A stretch of 64,000 bases of DNA from an uncultured delta proteobacterium (GTDB lineage Bacteria; Desulfobacterota; Binatia; UBA9968): the NCBI GenBank assembly GCA_963745835.1, contig CAVUZH010000013.1, positions 352,001 to 416,000 on the forward strand. Direction: 5' to 3'. Each line of letters starts with the position of its first letter. Positions within the stretch are counted from its first letter, which is position 1. The position numbers were made by a program, and so were the translations under genes. Positions 31,580 to 42,589 of the stretch are shown here, piece after piece. The notes beneath the pieces were generated by a model that was not told the DNA's origin, did no database searches, and worked only from the letters and a program-made list of their open reading frames with translations.

Positions 31580-31607
31580 CCCTCCCCTCCGTTATCGGGG
31601 GGGAGGG
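31580..31607. repeat. GC-rich hairpin between convergent genes (REP-like or terminator)
   Basis: CCCTCCCCTCC-GTTATC-GGGGGGGAGGG. Confidence 0.45.
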
Positions 31608-31658
31608 AGCACTCCTGGTTCTTGTAACACCTCACGCCGCCGATATGTCGCATCAGGG

Positions 31659-32919
31659 CTAAGGAGACGGGACGTTAGACACCGGCCCTCGGCGGGTGAC
31701 GAACAGCAATGCGGATGCGGCAATCGCGCAGACAGCGCCGCAAACGCCAAAGCTCCAATTGACGCCGATCACCGAGGCGGCTGTACCGATAATAACACTA
31801 CCCAGAGACCACAAGCCGCGATCCATAAAGAACAAACTTAAGACTCGCCCCAGCAGATGCGGCGGCGTGGCAACTTGTATAGCCGTGTTGGACAGGGCGC
31901 GTTCGGCTATCTGGCTAAAACCTACCATCGCTAGAAAAATCAGTGACAAGACAAATGACTGAGAAAAGGCGAACAGAATCAGGGAAAACGCAAACCCCAG
32001 AACACAGTAACAGATCGCGTGAACGCCAACACGCAGCTTCTTCACCGTAGCAAGACTCAACGATGCTACGGTGGCGCCAAGTCCAGGCGCAGCCATCAGG
32101 AGACCGAATCCGCGTCGGCCCGACTTGGAGTATGTTGGTGGCAAACACTGGGACAAAGCGATTATATGGCGCACCGAACAGAGCCACTACATAAGAGATA
32201 CCGACAATGTAGAGGATTCGGCGATTGTCCCTGACATACCGGAATCCTTCTCCGATATCCTCCAACAAGCTTTGCTTATCCTTGCGTTTCTCCCACGGCG
32301 GCAGATCCAATAGATAGAGATTGAACAGAAGCGCGACGAAGCTCAGCGCATTGATCAAAAAACAGCCGGCTACGCCGATGAACGAGATGATCACGCCTCC
32401 GACGGAGGGCCCTAAAATTTTGGAGAAATTGAAAACCGATGATTGCAGGCCGATGGCATTGAGCAACTCCTCCTTCGGCACCAGACTGTTGACCAGCGAC
32501 TGCCGCGCCGTCTGATTTATCGTATTGACCACTCCCAAAAAGAACGCCAGGCCTGCGATGTGCCAAAACTCAATGAATTCGAACTCCACCGCGAGCCAGT
32601 AGATAATCGCCTGCATCATCGCCAGCGCTTGAGTAACTTGCAGGACCCGGCGACGATCGAAGCGGTCCGCAATCGCGCCACCGACCGCGCCAACCAGAAG
32701 GCGGGGAAGGGTATCGAAAAAAGCGATCACCCCGAGCGCGACCGGCGAACGCGTCAGCTCCCAGACGAGCCAGCTCTGGGCGATGTTCTGCATAAAATCG
32801 CCGGAACTCGAGATCAAGGCGCCTTCCATGAGCAGACGGAAGTTACGATGTCTGAGCGAGCGCAGGGTTCTAAAATTCCAAAGGCGTTGCACGGTAATTC
32901 TATCAGTAAAAAGTTTTAC
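31659..32919 (-). CDS. MFS transporter (MFS_3/DHA3-like), frameshift near 32120
   Basis: GGAIADRFDRRR motif A and repeated hydrophobic helices across ORFs 31915..32949 and 31659..32174. Confidence 0.85.
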
Positions 32920-33071
32920 CAGTTTGACGCCTTCGTGGATGCAATGCAAAGACTCGGTTCAAATCTGCTTCAGCCGCTTCGCAGCACTCAACACGGATGC
33001 GGTTGCAAATTGTATCGGGCCGGCGATAGGCCTATGATACTTTCTGTGACCGCCGCCAAAGGAGAACACCG

Positions 33072-33587
33072 ATGGAGAAGATGCCGATTGTGAATTTACT
33101 TGAGCAGACACGGCAGCTGTCGGAAAGCGGCCAACGCGTTCGAGTTCTTTGGCAGCATCCGGACACGTTGGTCTTCATCGCGCGGGGCCGGGAGTACCGC
33201 AGCGAGTTTCACATCAATCCGAGTGACGAAACAATGTACATGATCAAAGGTGAAATGCGATTACATTACCGCACGCCGGAGGGCAAAGAAGAAGTTGCCG
33301 TGATCCCGGAAGGAGCGATGATCTATACTCCTGCCGGCACGCCGCATTCTCCCCGGTTTGCCGCCGATGCCTTTGCGTTGATTTCAGAACGGAAGAGGCG
33401 CGAGAGTGAGACTGACCGCTTTCACTGGTACTGCCAGAAATGCGATGCTTTGCTCCACGAAGAAACGTTCACCGTGAAGGACTATGCCGACGACCCGGTC
33501 TCCAAAGCGTACGATAAATTCTTCGGCAGCAAAGAATTTAGAACCTGCAGATGCGGCGAGATCATGGCAGTACCGGGGTCGATCTGA
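33072..33587 (+). CDS. 3-hydroxyanthranilate 3,4-dioxygenase-like cupin dioxygenase
   Basis: FHINPSDE, PHSPR, ERKR, WYCQKC and RTCRCG follow the NbaC/HAO pattern; the N-terminus is divergent. Confidence 0.78.
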   Translation: MEKMPIVNLLEQTRQLSESGQRVRVLWQHPDTLVFIARGREYRSEFHINPSDETMYMIKGEMRLHYRTPEGKEEVAVIPEGAMIYTPAGTPHSPRFAADAFALISERKRRESETDRFHWYCQKCDALLHEETFTVKDYADDPVSKAYDKFFGSKEFRTCRCGEIMAVPGSI

Positions 33588-33595
33588 TCTCGATC

Positions 33596-33770
33596 GTTCA
33601 ACAGTTCAACAGTTCAAAGGTTCAACGTTCAACGCCTTAATCCGAATTAGATCTCAGGACAGCTTCTCTTTCTTGCAGCGTTGTGAAAGGCGGAGCCGCC
33701 GGGCTGCCCATGCGCCGAATAGAGTCGCGAAAGGAGCCTTTTCTAACGTTGAACATTGAACTGTTGAACT
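33596..33770. repeat. About 175-bp intergenic element bounded by inverted GTTCAA arrays
   Basis: Left: GTTCAACA GTTCAACA GTTCAAAG GTTCAAC GTTCAAC (33596-33633); right: CGTTGAAC ATTGAAC TGTTGAACT (33747-33770). Confidence 0.7.
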
Positions 33771-33784
33771 ACTTTACCAATCTT

Positions 33785-34774
33785 TCAGATATTCAGTTCT
33801 TTCGAGCGATCATAATCATGACGCGCGCCCCTGACGGCGCCTTTTCGCGGGAACAGCTTGTCGATTTCAGCTATCTCATCGGATGTTAATACGACCTCTG
33901 CCGCAGCAGCATTTTCTTCTAAATGCGCGATCCGGCGCGTTCCCGGAATCGGCACGAAATTATCTCCCTGATGCAGAGTCCATGCGAGAGATAGCTGTGC
34001 CAAGGTGCATTTCTTGGCATCGGCAACTTGTTGTAGACGACTGAGCAAGCGAGCATTGTGTTGGAAATTCTCCTCGTGGAACCGCGGCGCTTTGCGCCGG
34101 CTATCTTTCGGGTCTAAGTCAGACACGCTGTTGACTGCGCCAGCGAAAAAGCCCCGGCCAAGTGCATAGTACGAAACAAACCCGATGCCGAGCTCCTTAA
34201 CGACTGGAATCGTGTCGGTCTCATAATCGCGAGTCCATAGAGAATACTCGCTTTGCAGAGCGGCAATTGGATGAACCCCATTGGCTCGGCGAATCGTGTG
34301 CGGTCCGGCTTCGCTCAGCCCTATGTGGCGAATCTTTCCTTGCTCGATTAATCGAACCATGGCGCCGATCGTTTCTTCGATCGGAACCCGCGGATCGACC
34401 CGATGCAAATAGTAAAGATCAATGGTTTCCATCTGCAGCCGTCGCAAGGAGGCTTCACAGGCTACCGACACATACTCGGCGCTAGCATTGACGTCGCGTC
34501 CCTTTGCCCAGGGCTGCCCGCGCAAATTGCCGAACTTCGACGCAAGCACGACCTGATCGCGCTTGCCTTTGAGGGCTTTGGCTAGGAGTTCTTCATTGTT
34601 ACCGTTGTTGTGATCGGCTGTGTCGATAAAGTTGATGCCCAGATCGATGGCCCGATGGAGCACATCGATGTCTCGCCTTTCATCAGCGGCGCTGAGCTTT
34701 CCTTGAAATGTTGGACAGCCATAACCGATGGCGGATACTTTCAATCGCTGCTTGCCCAGATACCGATACTGCAT
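33785..34774 (-). CDS. Aldo/keto reductase (AKR13-like)
   Basis: GINFIDTAD, SLRRLQMETIDLYYLHRVD, IGLSE, QSEYSLW and PIPGT motifs. Confidence 0.9.
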   Translation of the reverse strand: MQYRYLGKQRLKVSAIGYGCPTFQGKLSAADERRDIDVLHRAIDLGINFIDTADHNNGNNEELLAKALKGKRDQVVLASKFGNLRGQPWAKGRDVNASAEYVSVACEASLRRLQMETIDLYYLHRVDPRVPIEETIGAMVRLIEQGKIRHIGLSEAGPHTIRRANGVHPIAALQSEYSLWTRDYETDTIPVVKELGIGFVSYYALGRGFFAGAVNSVSDLDPKDSRRKAPRFHEENFQHNARLLSRLQQVADAKKCTLAQLSLAWTLHQGDNFVPIPGTRRIAHLEENAAAAEVVLTSDEIAEIDKLFPRKGAVRGARHDYDRSKELNI

Positions 34775-34937
34775 ACGACGATGCTCCTTCCTTCTGCGCA
34801 ACTATTGTCCTTGCCGGCGCTGCAATGCAAGTTGCAGCGGGAAGAATATTTCTGCTAATAATCCGAGATTGTACGGACGCTTGCGAAATTTCACTGAAGG
34901 CCAACTGCGTCGATCGAAAATGCACAAAGGAGATCTC

Positions 34938-35972
34938 ATGATCCACAGGCACGTTCTCTGGACCGCGATATCGGCGACGTGGTTTCTCATATTTACACCG
35001 GCGACGTCAGCGACGACGCAGGAGTCATTTTATCAAGGCAAGACAGTCAGAGTCATCGTCGGCGGTTCCGCCGGCGGCGGCTATGACACCTACACTCGCC
35101 TGATCGCGCGCCATCTCGGCAAGCACGTCCCCGGCAATCCGAACTTTGTCGTTGAAAACATGACCGGCGCAGGAACTTTGATTTCGGCGAATCACGTCTA
35201 CAAAGTCGCCAAACCGGACGGTCTGACGATCGGCCATTTCATCGGCGGTTTGCTTCTCCAGCAGGTGCTTGGCAAGCCAGGCATCGAATTCGACGGGCAG
35301 AAATTCGAATATCTCGGTGTCCCGGCGCAAGACAACACGGTGATCGGCATCAGCAAAGCGAGCGGCGTAAGCAGCATCGAAAACTGGTTGGCAACCAAGA
35401 CCAGCCTGAAATTCGGCGGCGTCGGGCCGGGATCTGCCACCGATGACATCGCCAAGGTTGTGCGCGCCACCGTGGGCGTGCCGATGCAGTTAGTAAGCGG
35501 CTATAAAGGCACCGCCGATATTCGATTGGCGATCAACAGCGGCGAGTTGCAAGGCGTCGCCAACTCCTGGGAATCGTTTAAATCCGGCTGGGTCCAGGAG
35601 ATTCAGTCCGGCTCGGTTATGATTGTCTTACAGATGATACCCGAGCGGCGCCATCCGGATTTACCCAAGGTGCCCATGATTACCGATATCGTTAAGAGCG
35701 AAGACGCGCGAAAAATCATCCAAGCAGGAATTTACGATTACGCGGCGATTGCTCGTCCCTACGTCTTTCCGCCGAACACACCCAAAGATCGCGTGCTCAT
35801 GCTTCGCAAGGGTCTCGTTGAAACCTATAAAGATCCCGAGTTTATCGCGGATGCGCAAAAGGCACGACTGGACATGAGTCCGCTTACCGGCGAAGAGTTG
35901 GAGAAAGTGGTCGCTCGCACTTATAAACTCGAGAAGTCGATTATCGAGAAGTTAAAAGAAATCTTGAAGTAG
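34938..35972 (+). CDS. TctC/Bug family tripartite tricarboxylate transporter binding protein
   Basis: GGGYDTYTR, VVENMTGAG, AKPDGLTIG and GYKG motifs. Confidence 0.88.
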   Translation: MIHRHVLWTAISATWFLIFTPATSATTQESFYQGKTVRVIVGGSAGGGYDTYTRLIARHLGKHVPGNPNFVVENMTGAGTLISANHVYKVAKPDGLTIGHFIGGLLLQQVLGKPGIEFDGQKFEYLGVPAQDNTVIGISKASGVSSIENWLATKTSLKFGGVGPGSATDDIAKVVRATVGVPMQLVSGYKGTADIRLAINSGELQGVANSWESFKSGWVQEIQSGSVMIVLQMIPERRHPDLPKVPMITDIVKSEDARKIIQAGIYDYAAIARPYVFPPNTPKDRVLMLRKGLVETYKDPEFIADAQKARLDMSPLTGEELEKVVARTYKLEKSIIEKLKEILK

Positions 35973-36013
35973 TTTTCTCGCATCTAAGGGCGCGACCAAA
36001 ATTGGAGGTGGCC

Positions 36014-36712
36014 ATGGAAGACATATTGACGACACTGAAACAGAAGGTAAATCCAGAGCATGCTGCCGTGCTCGTGATCGATATTCAGAACGATTTTTGC
36101 CATGAGGACGGCTATCTGCGCAAACTCGGTTTGGACATCTCTGCCACACAGTCGATGGTGCCGCGCCTCGTGCGCTTCATTGATGAAGCACGGAAAGCTA
36201 ACGTCAAGATAATTTTCGTTCAGGGAATCTACAACAACCGATATCTTTCCGGACCATTTGTTGAAAAGGACAGAAAACACGGCCTCAACAATGAAAGATG
36301 CCTGGAGGGGAGCTGGGGGGCCGATTTTTATAAAGTGACGCCGCTCGCAACCGAACCAGTGATCCGAAAGCATCGCTACAGTGCTTTTGTCAGGACGGAA
36401 CTGGATCAGATTCTGCGAGAGGCAGGCATCAAAACTCTGATTCTAACGGGCGTTACGACCAACGTGTGCGTCGAGTCGACGGCGAGAGACGGCTTCATGC
36501 GTGACTACTACATCGTTTTTCTCAGCGACTGCACCGCCACATTCAGCCAAGAGGTTCATGAGACAACCCTTGGCAATATAACAAGACACTTCGGCACGGT
36601 TGCCACATCGTCCGAGACCGTCGGGGTTTGGCAGGGATATCAGGGGAGGTCACGGTCAAACCGGGACAGGCATATAGCCGAAGTACAGGTCATCGGTAAA
36701 GCTTGTCGATAA
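36014..36712 (+). CDS. Isochorismatase/cysteine hydrolase (RutB-like)
   Basis: VIDIQNDF, KHRYSAF and GVTTNVCVESTARD motifs. Confidence 0.88.
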   Translation: MEDILTTLKQKVNPEHAAVLVIDIQNDFCHEDGYLRKLGLDISATQSMVPRLVRFIDEARKANVKIIFVQGIYNNRYLSGPFVEKDRKHGLNNERCLEGSWGADFYKVTPLATEPVIRKHRYSAFVRTELDQILREAGIKTLILTGVTTNVCVESTARDGFMRDYYIVFLSDCTATFSQEVHETTLGNITRHFGTVATSSETVGVWQGYQGRSRSNRDRHIAEVQVIGKACR

Positions 36713-37673
36713 AGCCGCTTTGATCGATTTCGCGTAGGTATTGCATGTCGTAAAAGTCCGCGGGCTTGAATTTTTTGATCGCAATATTTTTTTCGCCCAG
36801 CACTTCGAGTACGGCTCTCACCGCGTCGTCGTCACTAAATGGCTTGGCTGGATAAAGACGGAGAAAGAAATCATAGGTGTCTTCCAAAGACTCGCGGTCC
36901 GAGTTCCGAGTCCACTTACTGAGAACGCTCAGAGTCTCTTCCTTGTTTTTGCGGAGAAAGGCAATGGCTTCGGAAAATCCCCGCATAAAGTTGAGGACAC
37001 TGGTCCGATTTTTCCGTCCATAATCGCTAGTGATAAAAATCGATCCGTAGGCAAACTTAATCCCCGCGTCTTGAAAACTCGTCAAAAGATTGAAGCCAAG
37101 TTTTCTGGCGGTCAGGGTGTCCGGCGGCGAAATTACCGTCGCATCGACGCTGCCGACCTTTAACGCGGCAAAACGCGCGGCGGCGTCACCAATCCCGAGG
37201 ATCACGGCGTCCTTAGCCGGATCCACTCCGAGATTCTTCAGTGCAAGCCTTAGCGCGATATCCGATATTGCACCAAGCCGGCTGACGGCAAACCGCTTGC
37301 CCTTAAGTTGATTGGCGGATTTGATCCGGTCGGAAGTCACCAGCGTGTATGGCAGCGTGTTCATGTAGTCCGTAATCGAGATCATGTCCGCTCCAGCTAG
37401 TTTCGCTTCAATACCGGAGGAGGTTCCCGATGCCGCGTATTGAATCTCACCTGCCAGAAGTGATTGAATCGCCACAGACCCGGAACGGACCATGATCAGT
37501 TCGGAATCCAGACCATATTTTTTAAATAGCCTTTTCTCCTGTCCAACATAGAGCGGCAACAACGTTCCGCTGATGCCTGGGATAGCAATTCGTATCGACT
37601 GCGCCGATGCTGTCCCGCTAGAAAATACGGTTAGCAATATGAAGATTAGAATAGCGGCTGACTTAAGTGTCAT
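36690..37673 (-). CDS. NMT1/SsuA-like substrate-binding protein
   Basis: Signal peptide, LFKKYGLDSEL and LKGKRFAVSRLG motifs. Confidence 0.85.
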   Translation of the reverse strand: MTLKSAAILIFILLTVFSSGTASAQSIRIAIPGISGTLLPLYVGQEKRLFKKYGLDSELIMVRSGSVAIQSLLAGEIQYAASGTSSGIEAKLAGADMISITDYMNTLPYTLVTSDRIKSANQLKGKRFAVSRLGAISDIALRLALKNLGVDPAKDAVILGIGDAAARFAALKVGSVDATVISPPDTLTARKLGFNLLTSFQDAGIKFAYGSIFITSDYGRKNRTSVLNFMRGFSEAIAFLRKNKEETLSVLSKWTRNSDRESLEDTYDFFLRLYPAKPFSDDDAVRAVLEVLGEKNIAIKKFKPADFYDMQYLREIDQSGFIDKLYR

Positions 37674-38051
37674 GTCGAATGCCTCCTAGCTTTGTGCCGT
37701 TGCATCGGCAAACCATCACGTCAGAGTGGCCGGATCACAATCGAGCGCAATCCTTCAACCCAACTATCTATACTTCATGTACAATCCGCTTCAAAACGGC
37801 GTGCGATACCTGGTGATATAGTTCATCGCGCAAACAATCTCATTGGTCAAACAAGAGTTTGAGGAATCAAGGGGCGAGAATTTAGGGCAACTGAGTTTAT
37901 CCGGGATCTTGCCCATGAAGCAATTGACAAATAGCTCGGACTAATCGGCGTGATGATGCACGTTTTCTGCAATCTATTGATCCAGAGCTTCACGCCTTCT
38001 TTGTCGATATGTATCGTCAGGTAAGCACCTGAACCGTTCGGCAAATAGCGA

Positions 38052-38255
38052 GGTCGCATTGTAATTCGTAATGCAGTCGGCCTCGCGCAGGTTGCGCGGC
38101 TGCAGCTCGACGAATGCGTGAGACCGGCTCCTTGATCCAACGGCGCCCACACAGTTGACGAGAAGGATTGGAAGTGGCGGTAGGGCGAACGCTGGCACCC
38201 CGGGGTGAGGTCTACCTGATTCAGCTTGATTCCGAGGCAGGGCAGTGAGATCTGA
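38052..38255 (+). pseudogene. Decayed mazEF-type (AbrB/MazE plus PemK/MazF) toxin-antitoxin relic
   Basis: Allowing indels: GRIVIR..PRAG.AAAARRMRE..RLLDPTAPTQ.DEKDWKWR* (antitoxin end), overlapping a GTG start at 38174 for ...RGEVYLIQLD[fs]PRQGSEI* (toxin start). Confidence 0.65.
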
Positions 38256-38659
38256 ATGAACATCTGCGCACAATTATCGTCGCGCCAATGACGACTGGAC
38301 GGCAACTGCCCATGGCGCGTCCCATGTCGCTTTGGAGGCCGCAGTGGATTTGTTGCCACGGACCAACTTCGTACGGTTAATATCGAGCCGCTAGCGAGGC
38401 GACTCGGGCGCTGGCTCCCAGCTCTGTGACTGCGGTATTGACGGTTCTGCAGGAGATGTTTGCGCCTTGATCAAAGTGAGGGGTATCTGACCGCTTCAAT
38501 CAATCCCCGAAAAGCGAGCGGCTGAGAATGAGCGTTAGCGTCGCTACGCATATTGAATATAAACACTTCGGTTTAAGGTGGTCTCTGGCACCATTACCAT
38601 GCATTGGCCAAACTATTAGATGAATAGATGAACGAGCTGACTGCAGTCGCACAGGGGCG

Positions 38660-40126
38660 CTATTTCAGCAGATAGCCAAATTTCTCACGAGCCATCCTTA
38701 CTACTTCCTGGCTCGGCGTGTTGACCATGGGAAACTTATCCTTCCATTCGTAGGGTCGGGTCGCATCGACTACCATTCGGGAGTTGGTAAAGTCTCTTTT
38801 CTTGCGCTGTTCGGGAGTAAGTCGAGGATCGGCAGGAGTGCTGCGCATGCGGCGCAAAATGTCTACGGAGGTTTCCGGATCGTAGCGCGACAGCATTGCC
38901 CACATCAGCTGGTCCAAATTCGATACGTCGATATCATCGTCCACCACGATCACCATCTTGCAACCGTAAACGCTGGCGCCGCAACTTGCCGCCAAGGCGC
39001 CAACCTGTTTGGCGTGACCCGGATATCGCTGTTGAATGGCCAGCGCGATCAGCATTCGAGATGCGCCGATCTCATGGGCCCATACCTGCCTTACGTCGGG
39101 AACGCCGGCGCTCTGGAGTTGTTGTTTGAGCATGGCCGAACGCATGATCGCGCGATAACGCGCCATTTCGTCCGAGCCGCCGCCGATCGGCGGCACACCG
39201 AGAATGATCGGGTCGTTGCGGTGATAAACGGATTCAATCTCCAGCACCGGCTGCGCGCTTTCATCCGATGCATAATAGCCGGTCCACTCCCCGAACGGGC
39301 CCTCGTTCTTGCGATTGTCGTTGTTTAAGTATCCTTCGAACACAATTTCCGCACTGGCGGGAAACGGTAAGCCGGTGAGCGGGCCGCGCACGACCTCTAC
39401 CGGTTTGCCTCTCATTCCGCCGACGATGTCATACTCGCAGAGGCCGTACGGATGTTCGGTGCCTGCCATGAAGAAAAACAGCGGATCACCGCCAATAACC
39501 AACGCCAATGGCATCTTCTGACCGCGCTTGAAATATTTCTCGCGATGCATGTAGCCATGCTTGCCTGGCACCATCAGCAGGCTGACGGTTTTTGCGTCCT
39601 GGATCATCGCACGGTAGCAACCGACGTTAATCCACTTCTCGTCCGGGTCGATGGTCACTGAGTAACAACCTGTGCCGATATACCGGCCGCCGTCATTCAC
39701 ATGCCACACCGGGGTTGGAAACTTCATGATATCGACATCGCCGCCCTTGACGACATTTTCGAAAATCGGCCCATCCTTTACAAAGACAGGCGGCATATGA
39801 TTGGGAGTTTTCTGAAAATGATCGAAGTAGGCTTGGCTCAATTCCTGTTTGGACAATCCTTGGGGAAAGCCGAAGGTCATGGCGCGACGTTTGCCGGCAA
39901 AAGCGTTGATCAAGATGCGGAACCCTTTGGGACAGCCGGGCACCTCGTCGAAAACCACTGCAGGTCCATCGTCGGGAGGAACAACGACATCCGTGGCCAA
40001 GCCGATGTCCTTCTGCCAGGACGCGCCAAAAACGGTTTTCAACTCACCCAGCTTTTCAGCTTCGCGCATCCATTCGCGCAGGTCGGTAAAAGCAATATGC
40101 GGCTGAATCTTTGAGCTGTCAAACAT
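38660..40126 (-). CDS. UbiD family prFMN-dependent (de)carboxylase
   Basis: DLREW, DGGRYIGT, NVGCYR, EGPFGEWTGYY and VVDDDID motifs. Confidence 0.92.
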   Translation of the reverse strand: MFDSSKIQPHIAFTDLREWMREAEKLGELKTVFGASWQKDIGLATDVVVPPDDGPAVVFDEVPGCPKGFRILINAFAGKRRAMTFGFPQGLSKQELSQAYFDHFQKTPNHMPPVFVKDGPIFENVVKGGDVDIMKFPTPVWHVNDGGRYIGTGCYSVTIDPDEKWINVGCYRAMIQDAKTVSLLMVPGKHGYMHREKYFKRGQKMPLALVIGGDPLFFFMAGTEHPYGLCEYDIVGGMRGKPVEVVRGPLTGLPFPASAEIVFEGYLNNDNRKNEGPFGEWTGYYASDESAQPVLEIESVYHRNDPIILGVPPIGGGSDEMARYRAIMRSAMLKQQLQSAGVPDVRQVWAHEIGASRMLIALAIQQRYPGHAKQVGALAASCGASVYGCKMVIVVDDDIDVSNLDQLMWAMLSRYDPETSVDILRRMRSTPADPRLTPEQRKKRDFTNSRMVVDATRPYEWKDKFPMVNTPSQEVVRMAREKFGYLLK

Positions 40127-40368
40127 TATCGCTCCTTGCAAAGGTTTGAATCACGCTCAATCTAACATAGTTGTCGTACCCAATGGAACGGCTCTGGCGG
40201 AGAGAAAATACCAATGATTTCACCGTGTATTGTTCCACTGAAGGAAGTGCGGCATTGGTTCTTCATATCCGAAACTCTCATCGCGGCGTTGCTTGAGGAT
40301 GGAACGAAGCACGAACGCGGAGCCTCCGGATATATTTGCAGACTAACCAACCCCGTGAAGCAAGCGCA

Positions 40369-41196
40369 TTAGTGCCGGTCGACCCAATCCCCGATAATCT
40401 TGTTAGTCTCCTCCGGCTTGTGCCAGAAAAAACCGTGGCCACAGCCCTCCACCACCGCGAATTCGGCATTGCGAATATTATCGCGCAGATGCTCCGAGGT
40501 GATGACATGGTTGCCGGTATCGGCATCGGCCTTATCTTCGCCGCCCACTAAAACTAGAGTCGGCGTGGTAATCTTGTTCAGTAATTCACCGGTCTCATGC
40601 TGGTTGCGGGCGATGACATGGCGTAAATAGGGATCGAGCTGCGGCCGATTGTCCCAGAAACTTTTAAACAATATTTCCAAGACTTCCGGTTGCGCTTTCA
40701 CAAACTCCGGCGGAAAGAAAAACTGGCTCTTGAAGTGGCTCAACATGTATTCCCTATAGCCCTTCTCGATCATGCTCTTCAGACTATCGACCGTCAGCCA
40801 GCGCGGGTACTCGGGATTGCCCATCGAACCTGAGCCGGACGCCGCTTGAATCATGCTGCGCACCTTGCGCGGATAATCGATGGCAAGCCACTGGCATACT
40901 CGCCCGCCCATCGAGTGACCGATGATATGAGCCGACTCATTGATGCCAAGTGCGTCGAGCAAGTTAGCCGCATCTTGAGCAAACTGCCGCGTCGAGTAAT
41001 ATCCCGCAGGCGCATCCGACTTTCCCACTCCACGATGGTCATAGACGATTACCTGATAACGATCTATGAACGCCGGCACTTGTTTAAGCTTCCACGGCTC
41101 ACCCGGCCACCCAGTGCCGGAGACGAAAAGAAACGGCACTCCGCGGCCGAAGCTTTCATAATACAAACGAACATCACCTGCTTGGGCGTACGGCAT
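40369..41196 (-). CDS. Alpha/beta hydrolase (enol-lactonase-like)
   Basis: YDHRGVGKSD, GHSMGG and GCGHG motifs. Confidence 0.87.
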   Translation of the reverse strand: MPYAQAGDVRLYYESFGRGVPFLFVSGTGWPGEPWKLKQVPAFIDRYQVIVYDHRGVGKSDAPAGYYSTRQFAQDAANLLDALGINESAHIIGHSMGGRVCQWLAIDYPRKVRSMIQAASGSGSMGNPEYPRWLTVDSLKSMIEKGYREYMLSHFKSQFFFPPEFVKAQPEVLEILFKSFWDNRPQLDPYLRHVIARNQHETGELLNKITTPTLVLVGGEDKADADTGNHVITSEHLRDNIRNAEFAVVEGCGHGFFWHKPEETNKIIGDWVDRH

Positions 41197-41523
41197 CTAG
41201 GATCTCCATTGCATACGAGGTGTCATTGGATTATCCCAATGTTTTCGATGGTTCAAACGGTTTATGACATACGCGATAAATCAACCCGTTCGGTCGGCGG
41301 CTACTCTGCGCTTATTGGTTGGTTTTGCACATCTTAGGATCGGCTGGAGTCTAGTGGTCGATATTGCTTTGACTCTAGCGCACGGCTTAGGTGCGGCCCC
41401 TCTTGACGAGGCAGCTCAGGTTGATGTGACCGACTCCGATCAGCTAATCTCCGGCAGAATAGCGGATTGACTGAAATACGCGTTCAGAGGCTTATGATAT
41501 GCAAGGAAAAGAGGACATGTGAA

Positions 41524-42534
41524 ATGAAGACCCTGAGTGTCGTGATTGCATTACTGCTGGGATTCGCTGAGTTGGCGGTTGCCCAAGATTCGTTCTTCAA
41601 AGGCAAGACCGTGCGGATCGTGGTGCCGTTCGCTGCTGGGGGCGGCTACGATATCTATTCCCGGATTATGGGCCGGCACATGAGTAAATACATTCCCGGC
41701 AACCCGGTTTTCGTGGTTGAAAACATGACCGGCGCGGGCGGCCTGATCGGCATTAACCACGTCTATAAAGCCGCCAAACCGGACGGCCTCACCATCGGCA
41801 CGCCGATTGGCACTATGTTTGTCGATCAACTCATCGGCAAACCTGGTATAGAATTCGACGGCCGCAAGTTCGAGTATATCGGCGCGCCGGCGCAGGACAC
41901 GCAACTGCTGATCGTGCACAAGCGCACCGGCATCAACAGCGTCGAACAATGGTTATCGCATCCAACACCGGTGAAATTCGGCAGCACCGGGCCGGGATCA
42001 GCCAACGAATCGATTCCGAAGATTGTCAAAGAGGCGCTAAACCTGCCGCTACAAGTTGTTTCCGGCTATAAAGGCAGCTCGGTCATCCGTCTGGCATTTA
42101 CCGGAGGCGAGGTCGACGGCGTCGCCAATGCCTGGGAATCAATGGTCTCGACCTGGCCCCAAGAACTTGAGAGCGGCGACGCAGTCATCTTGTTGCAGGC
42201 GTCCGGAAAACGCCACCCGGATTTAACCAAAGTTCCATTGGTTATGGATTACGCAAAAACGGAGATGGCTAAAAAGCTGGTGCGCGGCGTCATCAACAAT
42301 TTCGGCGCTACGGCACGGCCCTATGTAGTGACGCCGGGCACACCGAAAGCGCGTGTGGAAATATTGCGCAAAGCGTTCATGGATACCATGAAAGATCCGG
42401 ACTTTGGAGCTGAGCTTAAAAAGGCGAAATTGGATCTGAATCCACTCGACGGAGCAACCTTGGAGAACAATATCAAAGAGCTGTTCGCATTGGATCAAGC
42501 GCTCATCCCTAAGTTGACAGAGATCTTAAAATAA
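41524..42534 (+). CDS. TctC/Bug family binding protein (paralog of 34938..35972)
   Basis: GGGYDIYSR, VVENMTGAGG and AKPDGLTIG motifs. Confidence 0.88.
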   Translation: MKTLSVVIALLLGFAELAVAQDSFFKGKTVRIVVPFAAGGGYDIYSRIMGRHMSKYIPGNPVFVVENMTGAGGLIGINHVYKAAKPDGLTIGTPIGTMFVDQLIGKPGIEFDGRKFEYIGAPAQDTQLLIVHKRTGINSVEQWLSHPTPVKFGSTGPGSANESIPKIVKEALNLPLQVVSGYKGSSVIRLAFTGGEVDGVANAWESMVSTWPQELESGDAVILLQASGKRHPDLTKVPLVMDYAKTEMAKKLVRGVINNFGATARPYVVTPGTPKARVEILRKAFMDTMKDPDFGAELKKAKLDLNPLDGATLENNIKELFALDQALIPKLTEILK

Positions 42535-42589
42535 GAAAGGATCGACACCGGGTTTGCATCATTTGGAGCCACAGTAGAAGGAGCCAACC

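Noticed and set aside
33596-33634. Possible CRISPR array
   Set aside because: Units are 7-8 nt with no spacers, and no cas genes are present.
37847-38359. 170-aa and 99-aa minus-strand ORFs in the gap
   Set aside because: No motifs; part of the span is better explained by the plus-strand mazEF relic.
38586-38602. TGGCAC...TGC as a sigma54 promoter
   Set aside because: GG-to-GC spacing is not 10 nt and no gene follows on that strand.
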